Positions 63,499 to 64,000 of a DNA stretch of 64,000 nt are shown here, piece by piece (the stretch's first letter is position 1; each line of letters begins with the position of its first letter). Position numbers and translations under genes: made by a program. Source of the DNA: Vulcanimicrobiota bacterium. Lineage in GTDB: Bacteria; Vulcanimicrobiota; Vulcanimicrobiia; Vulcanimicrobiales; Vulcanimicrobiaceae. The stretch covers positions 32,268 to 96,267 of the forward strand of contig CAWIZU010000008.1 in NCBI GenBank assembly GCA_963840635.1, read 5' to 3'. A model generated the notes under the pieces. The model made no database searches. It saw only the letters and a list, made by a program, of their open reading frames with translations, and was not told the DNA's origin.

Positions 63499-64000
63499 AT
63501 GCATCTCTTCGGCCTCACGTCAGATCAGTTCGAAACCTTCTTCCTGATCTTTCTGCGCGTCACGTCGATGCTGTTTTTATTTCCCGATCTTTTCTTCGGC
63601 GCAGATCCCACACCAGGTGCGGCTCGGCTTGGGAGCGCTGCTCGCATTTCTCGTCTACCGCGTCATTCCGGTGCCCCACCTGTACCGGTGGCGCCTTTGA
63701 ACTCATCGTCGGCGCAACGGCGCAAGTCTTACTTGGGGTTATCGTTGGATTCGTGGCCTCGCTCGTGTTTGTGGGTATTCAATTCGCGGGCGAACTGATT
63801 GACTTGCAGGTCGGCTTCGCAATCGCGAACGTCCTCAACCCGCAGACGCAACAGAACATCACGATCATCGGCGAATTCCAGCTCGCAATTGCCACGCTGA
63901 TCTTTCTCACGACGAACTCCCACTATTTCTTCATTCAGGGCATCGCCGGCTCGTTCAATCTCGTACCGCTCCCCTATATCAACCTGGATCCCAGCGTCGG
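63499..64000 (+). pseudogene. fliR: flagellar export apparatus protein FliR, 3' end cut by the window edge, two frame switches
   Basis: The sequence reads MHLFGLTSDQFETFFLIFLRVTSMLFLFP | IFSSAQIPHQVRLGLGALLAFLVYRVIPVPHLY | GGAFELIVGATAQVLLGVIVGFVASLVFVGIQFAGELIDLQVGFAIANVLNPQTQQNITIIGEF... Switches are at about 63586 and 63686. Confidence 0.85.

Overview
High-GC bacterial chromosomal fragment, almost all coding on the + strand, with no rRNA, CRISPR array, transposase or integrase seen. In order:

- **1-3.2 kb:** msrB (partial), tRNA-Arg, rpmG, tRNA-Trp, secE, nusG, rplK, rplA.
- **3.2-18.3 kb:** a block separating rplKA from rplJL. It holds a DUF2384 antitoxin-like gene, a STAS gene, a malonate decarboxylase cluster (mdcA-C-D-E-GB-H), an Fpg/Nei glycosylase, and an oxalate module (gntR, oxc, frc, aldehyde dehydrogenase, oxalate:formate antiporter, beta-carbonic anhydrase).
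- **18.5-23.7 kb:** rplJ-rplL, two small envelope proteins, two TetR regulators, an MFS pump, a methyltransferase.
- **23.7-30.4 kb:** membrane H+-pyrophosphatase, a chaperone-usher pair, soluble pyrophosphatase, a geranylgeranyl-reductase-like flavoprotein.
- **30.4-37.5 kb:** cheR, cheB, fliA, then a tightly coupled chain of a FliK-like protein, an FlhB-C-terminal-like protein, a hypothetical and an amidohydrolase.
- **37.6-45.3 kb:** ftsY, recA fused in frame to recX, an OmpR/histidine-kinase pair, hpt, a GH125-like hydrolase, purA.
- **45.5-64 kb:** a Firmicutes/Thermotogae-style flagellar cluster: fliFGHIJ, ylxF, [trpE-trpG], fliK, flgD, flg_new, flgE, flbD, motAB, fliM, a CheC-like gene, fliN, fliOPQR.

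The dominant unusual signal is about thirty frame disruptions. They are found by following conserved protein motifs from one frame to another. They cluster in four segments and hit housekeeping genes (rplA, purA, hppA), half the mdc cluster and half the flagellar core.

Other points worth follow-up:
- a 267-bp structured element with terminal inverted repeats between frc and the aldehyde dehydrogenase
- a perfect 10-bp palindrome present at two distant promoter regions
- trpEG embedded in the flagellar operon
- a pilin-less chaperone-usher pair with a one-domain chaperone
- MdcG-MdcB and RecA-RecX single-ORF fusions
- sigma-28-like promoter motifs

All calls come from reading the translations and DNA by eye. 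No database search was run.
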